A stretch of DNA of 64,000 bases from Chiloscyllium plagiosum. Lineage: Eukaryota. The DNA lies in assembly GCF_004010195.1 (NCBI RefSeq), contig NC_057711.1, positions 80,810,420 to 80,874,419 on the forward strand, written 5' to 3'. Under the pieces are notes generated by a model. The model saw nothing but the letters and a program-made list of their open reading frames with translations. It did not search any database and was not told where the DNA came from. Position 1 is the first letter of the stretch; each line of letters starts with the position of its first letter. Shown here piece after piece: positions 13,972 through 24,790 of the stretch. Made by a program: the position numbers and the translations under genes.

Positions 13972-13972
13972 C
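13935..13972 (-). ncRNA. Minimal type I hammerhead ribozyme motif
   Basis: Minus strand reads GATTC-CTGAAGA-A-GGGC-TTAT-GCCC-GAAA-C-GTC-GATTC: intact CUGANGA and GAAA boxes, 4-bp stem II, palindromic ACGU stem III, GUC triplet, and stem I with 4 of 5 pairs. Confidence 0.75.
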
Positions 13973-13977
13973 TTTGT

Positions 13978-14232
13978 NNNNNNNNNNNNNNNNNNNNNNN
14001 NNNNNNNNNNNNNNNNNNNNNNNNNNNNNNNNNNNNNNNNNNNNNNNNNNNNNNNNNNNNNNNNNNNNNNNNNNNNNNNNNNNNNNNNNNNNNNNNNNNN
14101 NNNNNNNNNNNNNNNNNNNNNNNNNNNNNNNNNNNNNNNNNNNNNNNNNNNNNNNNNNNNNNNNNNNNNNNNNNNNNNNNNNNNNNNNNNNNNNNNNNNN
14201 NNNNNNNNNNNNNNNNNNNNNNNNNNNNNNNN
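13978..14232. other. Assembly gap (255 N)
   Basis: Run of N. Confidence 1.
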
Positions 14233-14549
14233 CACTTAACAAATTCCTCTCCATCTAAACCCTTAACTCCATGGCAGTCCTAGTTTATGTTTGGAAAGTT
14301 AAAATCCCCTACCATAACCACTCTATTATTCTTACAGATAGCTGAAATCTCCTTACAAGTTTGTTTCTCAATTTCCTCTGGCTATAATACAATCCCAATA
14401 AGGTGATCATCCCTTTCTTATTTCTCAGTTCCACCCAAATAACTTCCCTTGATGTATTTCCAGGTATATCCTCCCTCAGCACAGCTGTAATGCTATCCCT
14501 TATCAAAACTGCCACTCCCCCTCCTCTTTTGCCTCCCTTTCTATCCTTG

Positions 14550-16210
14550 GATAAAGAAATTGTACAAGACATTGAATCTCATGAGAGCAACAACATCCTG
14601 GCAGTAATACTGACGTCATGTACTCCAGAACTAGCTGTGCCATTTCATTTTGGCTACAACATATAAAATTGTGCAGTTATGCTATGCACAAGGAGGACAA
14701 CAAATTCGATCCCGCCAATTATCCACTCACCCATCCTCAATTATCAGCAAAGTGATGCAAGTGTTAGTGACAATATTATCAAGCTGCACATTCACAGTAC
14801 TAACCTGCTGAGGATTGGCCAGGGCTGCTGGGTCCTGATCTTACTCCAACCTTGGTCCAAACATGGTCAAAGACGTGATGCAAGAGGTGAGGTGAGATGA
14901 GATTATGATTGCCCTTGACTTTAAGACTGTATTTGACAGAATGTGACATCAAGCAGTCCCATTAACACTCTAGTCAATGCAAATCAGGAGATGATTTGGA
15001 GATGCCGATGTTGGACTGGGGTGAACAAAAGTTAAAAATCAAAACACCAGGTTATAGTCCAACAGGTTTAATTGGAAGCATTAGCTTTCGGAGCAGCACT
15101 CCAAAAGCTAGTGCTTCCAATTAAAACTATTGGACTATAACCTGGTGTTGTGTGATTTTTAACCAAATCAGGAGAGACGGTCTACTAATTGGAGGAATAC
15201 CTGGCAGAGAGGAAGATGCTTGTGGTGGTTGAGGTCAAGCATTTCAGCTGCCAAACATTTACGCATGAATTCCTGTGGAATTACTCCTCGGTCCAACTAC
15301 TGCCAACTGCTTCATTAATGACTTCCCACAGCACAATAATATAGAAACATAGAAAAGAGTAGGAATAGGTCATTTGGTCCTTCAAGCCTGCTGACCATTC
15401 AATATAAAGACGGCTGATTATCTAACTTAATGCCCAGCTCCTGCTTTCGCCCCATACCTTTTGACCCCTTTCGCTCCAAGAACTAGGCATATTGCACTGA
15501 TGACTGCACTGTTCAAATACCATTCACAGCTCTTTAGATAACGAAGCAGGCAGCAAAACATTCAGACTTAGGTGAAATTCCGAGTAACATAACCGCATAA
15601 ATGCCCGGCAATGGTCATTTCCAACCAGTGAGTCTAACCATCTCTGCTTGACATTACCGATACGAAAACCTCAACCATGAGCGTGCTAGGGGTTATAATT
15701 CACAGCCTATTAAATGCTGTAGTCACAAGATTATATCAGAGACTAGGAAATGATTATGGGTAACTTATGTCCATATCCCCCAAACACTGTCCATGAGCCA
15801 CAAGGTAAAGTCAGGAGTGTCATGCAATACTTCCACTTTCCTGGATGTGTGTGACTCAACCAACAATCAAGAAATTTGACACAATCGACAACTTAAAAGA
15901 TGAACTGACAGCAACTTTCAAACCTGCAAGCTTGACCATGGAAAAGGGCTGCAGGCCCATGGAACAGCATCTCTTGCAAGTTTCTCTCTAAGCCACAAGC
16001 TATCTTAAAGCAGAAATATAAACACTGCCCTTCACTGCCGCTAGGTGAAAATCTTGGACCTCCTATGTGACCACACTGTACATGTACCTACACCAGATGG
16101 AATGCAGTGGTCAAGAAGGTGCTTTCCCCTGCACCTCAACATTCTCAAGGGCAATTAGAGAAGGCTGCAAACATCAGCCTTGTAATTGGCACCTTCATCA
16201 CATCTAAGGA
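14550..16210 (+). mobile_element. Decayed L2-like LINE, continuing the piece at about 11880-12092 that was split by the CR1
   Basis: NNILAVILTSCTPELAVP is collinear with the 7400-8400 copy. It ends with CTCAAGGGCAATTAG, like other copies. Confidence 0.65.
14992..15163. mobile_element. 172-bp palindromic mini-element derived from a Penelope-like terminus, 12-bp TSD
   Basis: Arms 15031-15093 and 15099-15163 are near-perfect inverted copies. CAAATCAGGAGA is repeated at 14980-14991 and 15164-15175. The sequence matches the terminus at 58557-58668. Confidence 0.85.
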
Positions 16211-16385
16211 TAAAAATGTAGCCGCCAAGAAAATGAGAAGTATGGTGATGGAAATGGGGTTAGACTAGGTTGTTCATATAGGGGCCAACAGGACAAAATG
16301 CATTTGGATTTATAATCTTACATCCGAGCAATATTATGTCACTTTGCCAATTTCTCAATTCTATAAAGTTCTTTCATAACATTGT

Positions 16386-16457
16386 CATTTACTACACCAT
16401 ACTTCAAACAAATTGCTTTCCATTTACTACACCATACTTCAAACAAATTGCTTTCCA
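16386..16457 (+). repeat. Perfect 35-bp tandem duplication
   Basis: CATTTACTACACCATACTTCAAACAAATTGCTTTC occurs twice. Confidence 0.95.
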
Positions 16458-16537
16458 AGTTCTCTTCATAACTCTATAACATGCAATCATACAAAATAGG
16501 AGAAGTCAACCATTTGGTCCTCAGCCTGTGCTGCCAT

Positions 16538-16870
16538 TTAAATTAGATTAAATTCCCTACAGCATGGAAACAGGCCCTTCGGTGCAACAAGTCCACACCG
16601 AACCTCCGAAGAGTATCCCATCCAGACCCATTCCCCTCCCCTATATTTACACCCCCGACTAATGCACCTAATACTATGGCAATTTAGCATGGCCAATTCA
16701 CCTGACCTGCGCATCTTTGGATTGTGGGAGGAAACCGGAGCACCTGGAGGAAACCCACGCAGACACAGGGGAATGTGCAAACTCCACACAGACAGTTGCC
16801 AGAGGTTGGAATCGAACCCGGGTCCCTGGCGCTGTGAGGCAGCAGTGCTAACCACTGTGCCACCGTGCCA
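16538..16870 (-). mobile_element. HE1-type V-SINE, full length
   Basis: Reverse complement runs from the GGCACGGTGGCACAGTGGTTAGCACTGCTGCC head with B box (GGTTCGATTCC) to the GGGAATTTAATCTAAT tail. Confidence 0.9.
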
Positions 16871-19195
16871 TGATTTAATAAGATCTTGGCTGATCCGTTT
16901 GTGTTTCTACATTCCTAATATATCTGTAAACTTAATTCTTATTTGTCTCCTGAATCAAGGGTTAAGAGGAACTTTAATAATTTAACTTCTTGATCTTCCT
17001 AAAGTTGTCATTGAAGCACAGTTTAATTTAAAGCCCGGTAATGTCATTTTTATTTGACGCTAATTTGGACCAAGTGATGCTTGGGTGATTTTCTTCACTT
17101 GTTATACACTAACCAGCATTACCACAATTGCATATCTTTGGCAAAACATATATATGTTTGCAAAGGATATAAAATTAGCTGCTGGAGAAATAAACACACA
17201 CAGCAAGCATTACTTCAAAATAAAGTAAACATTGTACTGATCCATGATGGGCTATTTTCCTACAGGTTTTGCAGAGTACCAATGCTGCTGAAATTTCTCT
17301 TGCACATAATTTGACGTGGGGTCAGGCACTGCAGACAGTGTTACATTGCTTTCACAACATGATCTCTAAACAGTAGGAAAGCAAATGATAAATGAATACC
17401 TGAGGTATGACAAATGCACGAGCTCATTCATTAATCTCGCTAGAGGTAAACATAGACATCAAGTGCTTTGTTAAATGTAGCCACCCAAACCTGTGCCAGG
17501 TTCAAGCAACTCAAGCTTCATGCATCATTTTAAATTTAATTAAATTTACTAGGCAGTTATACCCATAATAACAGACAGCTAATCAAATTCCAAGCTCAAG
17601 GGAGATTTGGTCACAAAAGGAAATCAGATGGTCATGGACTTGTGTGAATTCCATAAAAACCACAGTTGTTACTCGATTTCATATATCAGGCTGAGCAGTC
17701 AATATTTCGCCTGTTAGAGAACTAATGAGAAGTGGCAGGACTGGAGCAGTACTTGGAAAGTTTCGGTCAAATAAATCACATTCAAATTCAGGATTGTCAA
17801 AACGAAATGCCTGGAGTACAATTTCATGATAAGAAGCACTTCAGGAAGATATCTGAATGCAAAGGTCTATTTCTTTTAAAAACAATTGTCTGGTGTAATT
17901 TTTTCACTGTTAGAACATTTGCCACTTTTAACTCTACCAATCTGTTAAACTATTTAAACAGTAACAATCAAACACACATAGTTCTGCATTCAGGTGACAA
18001 TGTATAACTCCTCTACACCATTGCTTGCCATAGGAGGTGAATGAAACTGTGCTGCCACCACTGGACTACATTTAAAGGATCCACTTTTCTAATCATTTTA
18101 GTTTGGATTATAGATGTATGCTGTCAGTCAATGCAGTGAGACAAACAACATAATTTCCCCATGAATTGTGTGTGAAGACCTTTGCCAATCTCAGAGAAAA
18201 AGTGAAGAAAGCTCACCAAACTATACATATTAACTTCATAATGGTTATTTGCTTTGTGTTGTGGATTCTTGTTCATAATGCAAATGGCACAAGCTGTCTT
18301 AAATAGTACAATTTCAAGTAAGTATTAATGGAACATCAAAAAAAAATCATTCGGCATAAAAACAAGACGAAGCACAAATTGCATCACAATTAATCTCATA
18401 TGTGAGAAGGAGAACACCTCGTAAATTGTGCTCACTATAAGTTGTTGATTGGAATATTAGGATACTTGAGTATAACTGATTTGTCTTATTCACATAATTC
18501 AATTTAATTAACCACACCCTGAAAGGCCAGCAATAGCAGACTGACAAGAAAACTAAACCGTATTTGGATTCACAAACTGTGGAATGTTCATCATCTTATT
18601 TTTGCCAGTTACATTAAGCTTCAGAAACTGGCACTTACAGAAAAATCTTCTTGAAAGTTCCAGTACTGGAAAACAGGAACTGAAATCTCAATTTGTTCGT
18701 GTAGTTCTGACCTTACTTGCTTACAAAAGTTGAACAGATTTGTAATTAACCTGCTAATGAACACTGACGTTTTCAATACCAATCACAAGTTTATAAATTT
18801 GAAAAGCTCAATATAATAATTATGGGAAACATACCAAGTGAATTTTTCTTCCCAATAGCTTCTAACCATTACAAGAAGTGATGGTATATATTGCTCACAT
18901 AACTTTTTTGATGCATTGCAGTAATCTGGTATAACTAAGAGAGGAAAGGACATAAAATGAAGATAGGGACACCAAACCTTTACCCAGTTTGTGCCACTTA
19001 ATATCCAAAGTAAATTCGATTCCAGTAATTTAAAGAGCATTTGAAGATAGCTTTAGTTATTTGATAGGAGGAGAGAAATTGGCAGATAGCATAGTGAGAT
19101 AGTTTTTGTTTTAAAATCTGCTTTGAGATTTGCCTTACTGCCTGGTCACTGAAAAAGTTAATGAGAGTGGAAGTGGGATATTCAGAAGTACTTAC

Positions 19196-19212
19196 AGTGC
19201 CTGGGTCCCTCT
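19196..19212 (-). CDS. TLE1: TLE1 17-nt microexon (probably exon 8), phase 1/0
   Basis: ggaaacag|AGAGGGACCCAGGCACT|gtaagta. Joined to the trailing G of the previous exon it gives ERDPGT (TLE1 has DREPGT) and restores phase 0. The donor is a perfect consensus. Confidence 0.9.
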
Positions 19213-22200
19213 CTGTTTCCACAGTAACCACAAAATGCATAGACATGGTGGGTCAGATACAAAGGCAAAAAAAGAAACAAAGAAAAAAGAAAATTAGAAC
19301 GCAAGCCGACAGATGCTTTCACAACAGCTTTATTCATTCAATTCATTGCACATTTCTAATACATTTCTTTTAGAAGTTCCACATGTACTTTAACATTATA
19401 GGTACATCAGTTCTTTGCATACAACCCCTGGCCTTGGAACCAATGACAGAATAAATTACTGCTGGGTTATTAAATTAAAATGGCAACGAAAGTTATTCAG
19501 CAAGTGCAAGTCTTATTCATTAAATTAAATTGATTCACAGCACATCGATCTTAATACAAGACTTTTAAAAAAAATATGAAAAGCGAAAACTGTTCAATTT
19601 AACTGAGCAGGATGATTTAACATGACTACAGCTAAAACCTAGCAACATCAAATTTATTTTCCCTCTCCTGATACATATTTCAGAAAGATAAAACAGTATG
19701 GATGGTTTTCTGGTGATGTCATTGTCCATCAAACACTCTTGTTATCTGTAGTTGTAAAAATGCTGAGAGTACTAAAAAGATGAATAAACTGTAGCAGAAT
19801 TACAGCATCTCCCACTTGTCTCTGGCTAGTGCAACCATCTCCTGTGCATGGTTAGTGAAGCTAGAAATATTGTAGTATGATCTACTTCGGTTCAAGCCAA
19901 GTCTGTTTAGGTTCAGAAGTTTTTCTTTGACAAAAACGCCTACCAATATCATTCCAAACTTAGCATCATTGTGTGAATAGGTCTTATAGTTGTTGAATTT
20001 TTAATAAAAAAAGGTGGAGAGATAAAAATGAGCAATGGAAAACAAAGACGTAAAATCAAAGCTGGCCTTTGTGTTTGTTTTAGTTTACATTAGAGGAGGT
20101 GACTAATATTATATTTGGTCCAATGCACATTTTGTGCTTTATTTCAACCTTTCCAAAATTTCTTCAATACACAATGCAGAAATGTCATTTTCATGCTTTA
20201 AAAAAAACCCCACCATTTACATCATTCCATTCATCATCAAGACAGCATAACTTTAGATTACAAAATTTGAAAGCCTAAGCCAACAATTCACAACAGTATT
20301 AACTGAGGAAAAAGATTTCAGAGAGGTGTATCTTCTAATTTCTTACTGGGGAGCAGAGGGACTAGAAGATAAAGGATCAGGTTAAGACCATAGGGTTTCA
20401 GGCAGCTGCACTGAATATTCATGACAAAGAGGACCAAACATGCTGCAAGGAAGGTCATGTGGCAAACAGTGACAAAACCATAAGACATGTTGTACAACGA
20501 GTATCTCTTTACAATAACCATCTTAAAAGTAATTGACCTATTTAGTTTATTTTCGTCACTACGAAAAATGTCTCTGTTTGCATGTGGCTATGTTGTTCAA
20601 GAAATCTAAAGCTTTGTGTTTATCCTCCAGATCTACACATCTGGCATCAAATGGAGGACAGATAAACAATTTATAGCTGTTTGCCTTTATTTGCATTAAA
20701 ATCACAGAATCTATCATGTAAATCAAATTTTTGATGGGAATAACTTTCTATTAAATTTCAAATATTAAGGCTATTCCCAATTAATTAATAAACTCTATTC
20801 ATAAACACTTGCACATTGACATTATTTTAATTAGATTTTCAAAAAAATATTTATTAGGTAATTATCACCACTGTTTGCAAAACTTCTCTTAAAAAAGACA
20901 GAATCATATTGCACATTGAATTGCAAAGTTCACTTTTTGGAAAGTTTATTGGTTCTGGAAAGTTTGCATAGATATATGGTAAAAAAAGCTGCACTGCATT
21001 TTACTGTACTCCCAGGAGCATGCATTTATGCATCATGTTGAGTATGTAGATATACAGAAACTACATCAAGAGGAGAAAGGCAGTCTGGTAGCAGAAGGCT
21101 TTTTTGAAACAAGAAACCAATACGTAAACAACTTAGTTTGTATTTGTTTGAACAAATAATTATCCTTGAAGCGGTTTGGAATATCATCACTATTCTGTCC
21201 CTCTACTGTTCCACTACTTTTACCCTCCTGGTGGGATGGATGGGAGAGTGGTGGGAGTACAAAATAAAAGCAAGGAGAGAAGATGTAATATTCCTCAGCC
21301 TGCAATGAGAATGCACATAACTCAGGCTTCCAAACACCCTACACAGTTGTTTTCTTCACCATTATATCACATTGTTCTGCTGCTGTCCACAGAATCATGC
21401 TTGCTTACAATAGGCTTGCTAATTTTGTATGAGGCTTAGCAGGGAGTTGGATCCAAAAGATCACAAGATTCTTCTTTAGCGATTACTTCCAAGGCATGTG
21501 AACATGGGGTTGAGGGCAGTGTGGAGGGCAAATAAGGGAAACTGAACATTTGCAATGCATGATGCCAATTAGAAATCATAAACATATTACTTAAGGCAAA
21601 ATGTTCTAAATATTACCTGACAAAGCATTTAGATTAAGACACTTGAAGTAACTTCAACATTTGTAAATATTTCTTTTAAGACAAAGGTTCCTCTGCCTCA
21701 CCCGTTTTAACTTGCAAATTTAACATTTAAAAGGTAGAGTGTTGGAGAATGGAAGTGAATAAGTAGGAGAAAAAGGTATGCTAACAGTGAAAACGGAGTA
21801 GCTGCTAATACTAACATGCATGCAACATGAGAATGGACTTTTTATCCCAATCAAACAGGTCAAAGCAATTAAAAATGAAGATGACACAACAACTAGTTTC
21901 CATCACATCAATACATCCATTACAGAAAGTAAATCAGAGCTAATTTTAAGAATTAAGATCTACTTATTCCAAGAGGAATTATCAGTTAAACAAAAATAGG
22001 CAGCGAATAAATGGCAGAGGAATAAGCAACACTGTATTACTTCTATCTAATTCAAACACCATTACTTGTTGATGCCTTCATTCTCAAAGACTACAAACAA
22101 AAAGCCTTCCCCCACCTCTCCACCAGTGAATCGATTTAAATGGAGCTATAAGCACTGTAATGATGTGATAAAAAGGGATTGATCTCTTTCAGGTATTACC

Positions 22201-22599
22201 ACTTTATATGCTATGTCTGCTTATTTACTTGTGGACTTGGACCTTTATTCATTTGCTGAGCATTTGCTATCATTAACAAGCACTCAGGAGTAATCAGCAA
22301 AGAAACCGAAGATCAGTCTACAGATAGTAAAGATTATAATTGCCATGAATGTTGTGGAATATAATACCTTTACTTCATGTAATTATAACATTTGTGACAT
22401 GAAACTGGGATAGCAGAAATGACATTAAGAAGCAAGTTTGGAGAAAAGCCCAAAAATGTCGTAACTGTGCTTTCATCTCCCACGAAAGGAGGAAGTCTTC
22501 TTCCATTTTCTTTAAATGTGGATAATGCTCCACAAGGTAATGCTTCAATACTGTTCATTTTAATGTAGACTGCCAACAAAATAGTCACATTTGTATCAG

Positions 22600-22810
22600 T
22601 GCTGGATAAAACTGAGTAGGTCTGGCCCCATCTGTGGAGAAAGAAATAAGCAGTTAACATTTCAAATCCAATATGATTCTTCTTCAGCAGTGATTTGAAG
22701 AGTCATTGGACTCAAAAAGTTAACAGTTTCCCCAAAGATGCTGCCAGACCTCCTGAGGTTTTCCAGCACTCTACTTCTATTTCAGATCACTAGCATCTGC
22801 AGTGTCTTGT
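22600..22810. mobile_element. Inverted (head-to-head) pair of Penelope-like termini with degenerate hammerhead cores
   Basis: The left arm reverse-complements to CTGAAGAAGAATCATATTGGATTTGAAATGTTAAC...CAGATGGGGCCAGACCT. The right arm reads TGAAGAGTCATTGGACTCAAAAAGTTAAC...AGATGCTGCCAGACCT. Confidence 0.7.
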
Positions 22811-23031
22811 TATAATAGCTTTTTCACCATAACATATCACAGAAAACCATAAAATTCAGAAGATGACAAAATTAAGTTTAAATCTTGGATAGAAACAAAA
22901 ACTGATTGTTTCAGCAATTGGTTAACTATACTTTTTTTGCATCTGTGTCGATTTTGAAACCAAAAAACAATGTAGCGGTGATGGACTGAAATTCTCAAAA
23001 AGTTTCTAATCAGGCCTGCCTTGCTTCTCAC

Positions 23032-23236
23032 CTCTGTGATGGTCTGATTCATGGTGCTTCTTATCATCTTTCATAGAAAGGTGGGGCTGTCCACCCAAAA
23101 CACTTGATAGAGTCAAAAGGCCTGCACTGCTACCAAGTGAGGGGATTGATGGAGGCTGAAGTCCTGAAGGGTGAGGAGTGAGAGGCACAGGAGGTCCATG
23201 ACCATGAGAAAGATGTTGAGCCTGTAGTTGCTGTTG
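23032..23236 (-). CDS. TLE1: TLE1 coding exon, GP domain (probably exon 7), 205 nt, phase 0/1
   Basis: ggacag|CAA CAG CAA CTA...CAT CAC AGA G|gtgaga translates to [68 protein letters not shown]. The motifs HGHGPPV and KDDKKHH..HHR fit TLE1 better than TLE3 or TLE4. Confidence 0.95.
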
Positions 23237-23959
23237 CTGTCCATATTAAGACCACCACGGGTTTGTCAGGAAATCAAGATGGAGGGAAGAAATGAAACAA
23301 AGCATGGTTAATTTCAGTGAGGAGCTCTTTACACAAACAAAAGACAAGTAACATTTGCAGTAAAAAATACTATAGCAACTAATAGCAAGTGCAGTTAACA
23401 AAAACGGTACCATTCTATGTGCTTAGCCATGATAGTTTAACATTTACATATAACCATTGTCCACTTTGATTGAGTTGTAATCTTGCACAGATACAAACAC
23501 ACACAAGCGATAAACAACCACACAGATTAGATGCAAAGGTTGCACCAGGCCTTTTAAGTCTATATTAGATATACTTTACTCTTGAAGTGGCCAAACATTT
23601 ACTCTCACTAATTCTATTCTGATTACAAACTTCAAACTCTGAATTAAACATTACACTTGAAATGGTATCTATAAATCATCCTCATCTCAAATTCCATATT
23701 AATATAACAAATAAAATTTACTAACATAAATGTTTGTATGTGGCTTGCTGATGATGGTCTGCAAAATAAGAGATGCAACAGAAGTAGTTTTAGAGTGCTA
23801 TTTTTAAAAAATGAATCTCCAATGCAATGTAAAGTGTCTGGTTAGGTAATGTGGAAAGTGTAAAACTGTAGTCAGTGCAGTAACATGAGACAAATGATCT
23901 TTTGATACATGTATCTGATCCAATAGATCAATTTTTAACTTGCAAATGAAAATGTATGT

Positions 23960-24790
23960 TTCAAAAATGCCTGGCTAGGTGGTAATGGTTGAGTAGGGAA
24001 TATGCCAGACCATGAGGTTGCAGATTGCGAAGTACAATTCTGCTGCAGATGGCCCACAGTGCCGAATGGTTGCTAGATCTATTCAAAGCCTCCCCAACTA
24101 GCATGGTAACAGTGCCACATAACACATCAGTGTATATTCTCAATGTGAAGGCAGATCTTTGTCTGTATAAGAACTGTACAGTGGTCACTCTTACTGATAT
24201 TATCATGGACAAATGCATTTGCAGCCAGCAAACTGGTAAGGAAGAGATCAAGTATGTATTGCCCTCTTCCCTCACCACCTGCCGCAGACCCAGACTCGCA
24301 GCTACATCCTTTAGGGCCCGACTAACTTGATCAGTAGTGCTGTCGCTGAGCCACACTTGATGGTGGACATTGAGATCCCCTACCCAGAGTACATTTTATG
24401 CCCTTGCCACCCTCAGTGCTTCCTCCAACTGTTGTTCAACATGGAGGTGTACTAACTTATCTGACAAGGGAGTACAGTATATGGTAATCAACAGGTTTCC
24501 TTGCCCATGTTTATCTTGATGCTATAAAACATCATGAAGTCCACAGTCAATGTTGAGGACTCTAAGGGCAACTCCCTCCTGACTGTATACCACCGTGCCT
24601 CCACCTTTGCTGAGTCTGTCCTGCCATTGGTACAGGACATATCCAAGAATGGTGATTGCGCTGTCTGAGAGATAGTCATACCCACAGACTCTCAGACAAT
24701 TGTCAGGCTGCTGTTTGACTAGTCTGTGAGACAGCTCTCCCAATTTTGGCACAGCCCCGAGATATTAAGGAGGCGACTTTTCAGGAATAA
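23960..24790 (-). mobile_element. L2-like LINE fragment, endonuclease region
   Basis: Minus ORFs give MPKLGELSHRLVKQQPD, ILGYVLYQWQDRLSKGGGTVVYSQEG and ASLGLRQVVRE. Confidence 0.75.

Larger units (their letters stand above)
12093..14548 (-). mobile_element. CR1 LINE (endonuclease fragment, RT and 3' end), relatively young, containing an insertion and an assembly gap
   Basis: Minus ORFs give KRGGGVAVLIRDSI, EDWRLANIVPQFKKGVKDKPGNYRPVNLTS, YMDFSKVFD, LRLYRTLISPLLEYC and FFTLRVVRVWNELP. Confidence 0.95.

Noticed and set aside
13837..14283. Long ORFs of 94-148 aa in several frames
   Set aside because: Artefacts of the 255-N assembly gap.
16538..16985. ORFs such as MVSTAASQRQGPGFDS, and the tRNA-like head as a tRNA gene
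   Set aside because: These are translations of HE1 SINEs and recur at 34198-34657 and 52496-52714. The head has A and B boxes but continues into SINE body.
1..19190. Downstream TLE1 CcN, SP and WD40 exons
   Set aside because: No match was found by eye; probably beyond the left edge. A diverged small exon could have been missed.
18998..19246. 82-aa minus ORF containing ERDPGT
   Set aside because: Only 17 nt (19196-19212) are bounded by splice sites and match TLE1; the rest is intron.
23032..23236. Assignment to TLE4, TLE3 or AES/TLE5
   Set aside because: TEIAKRLNTICAQVIPFLSQE, HGHGPPV, KDDKKHH and ERDPGT fit TLE1 best. A phylogenetic tree and synteny check would confirm this.
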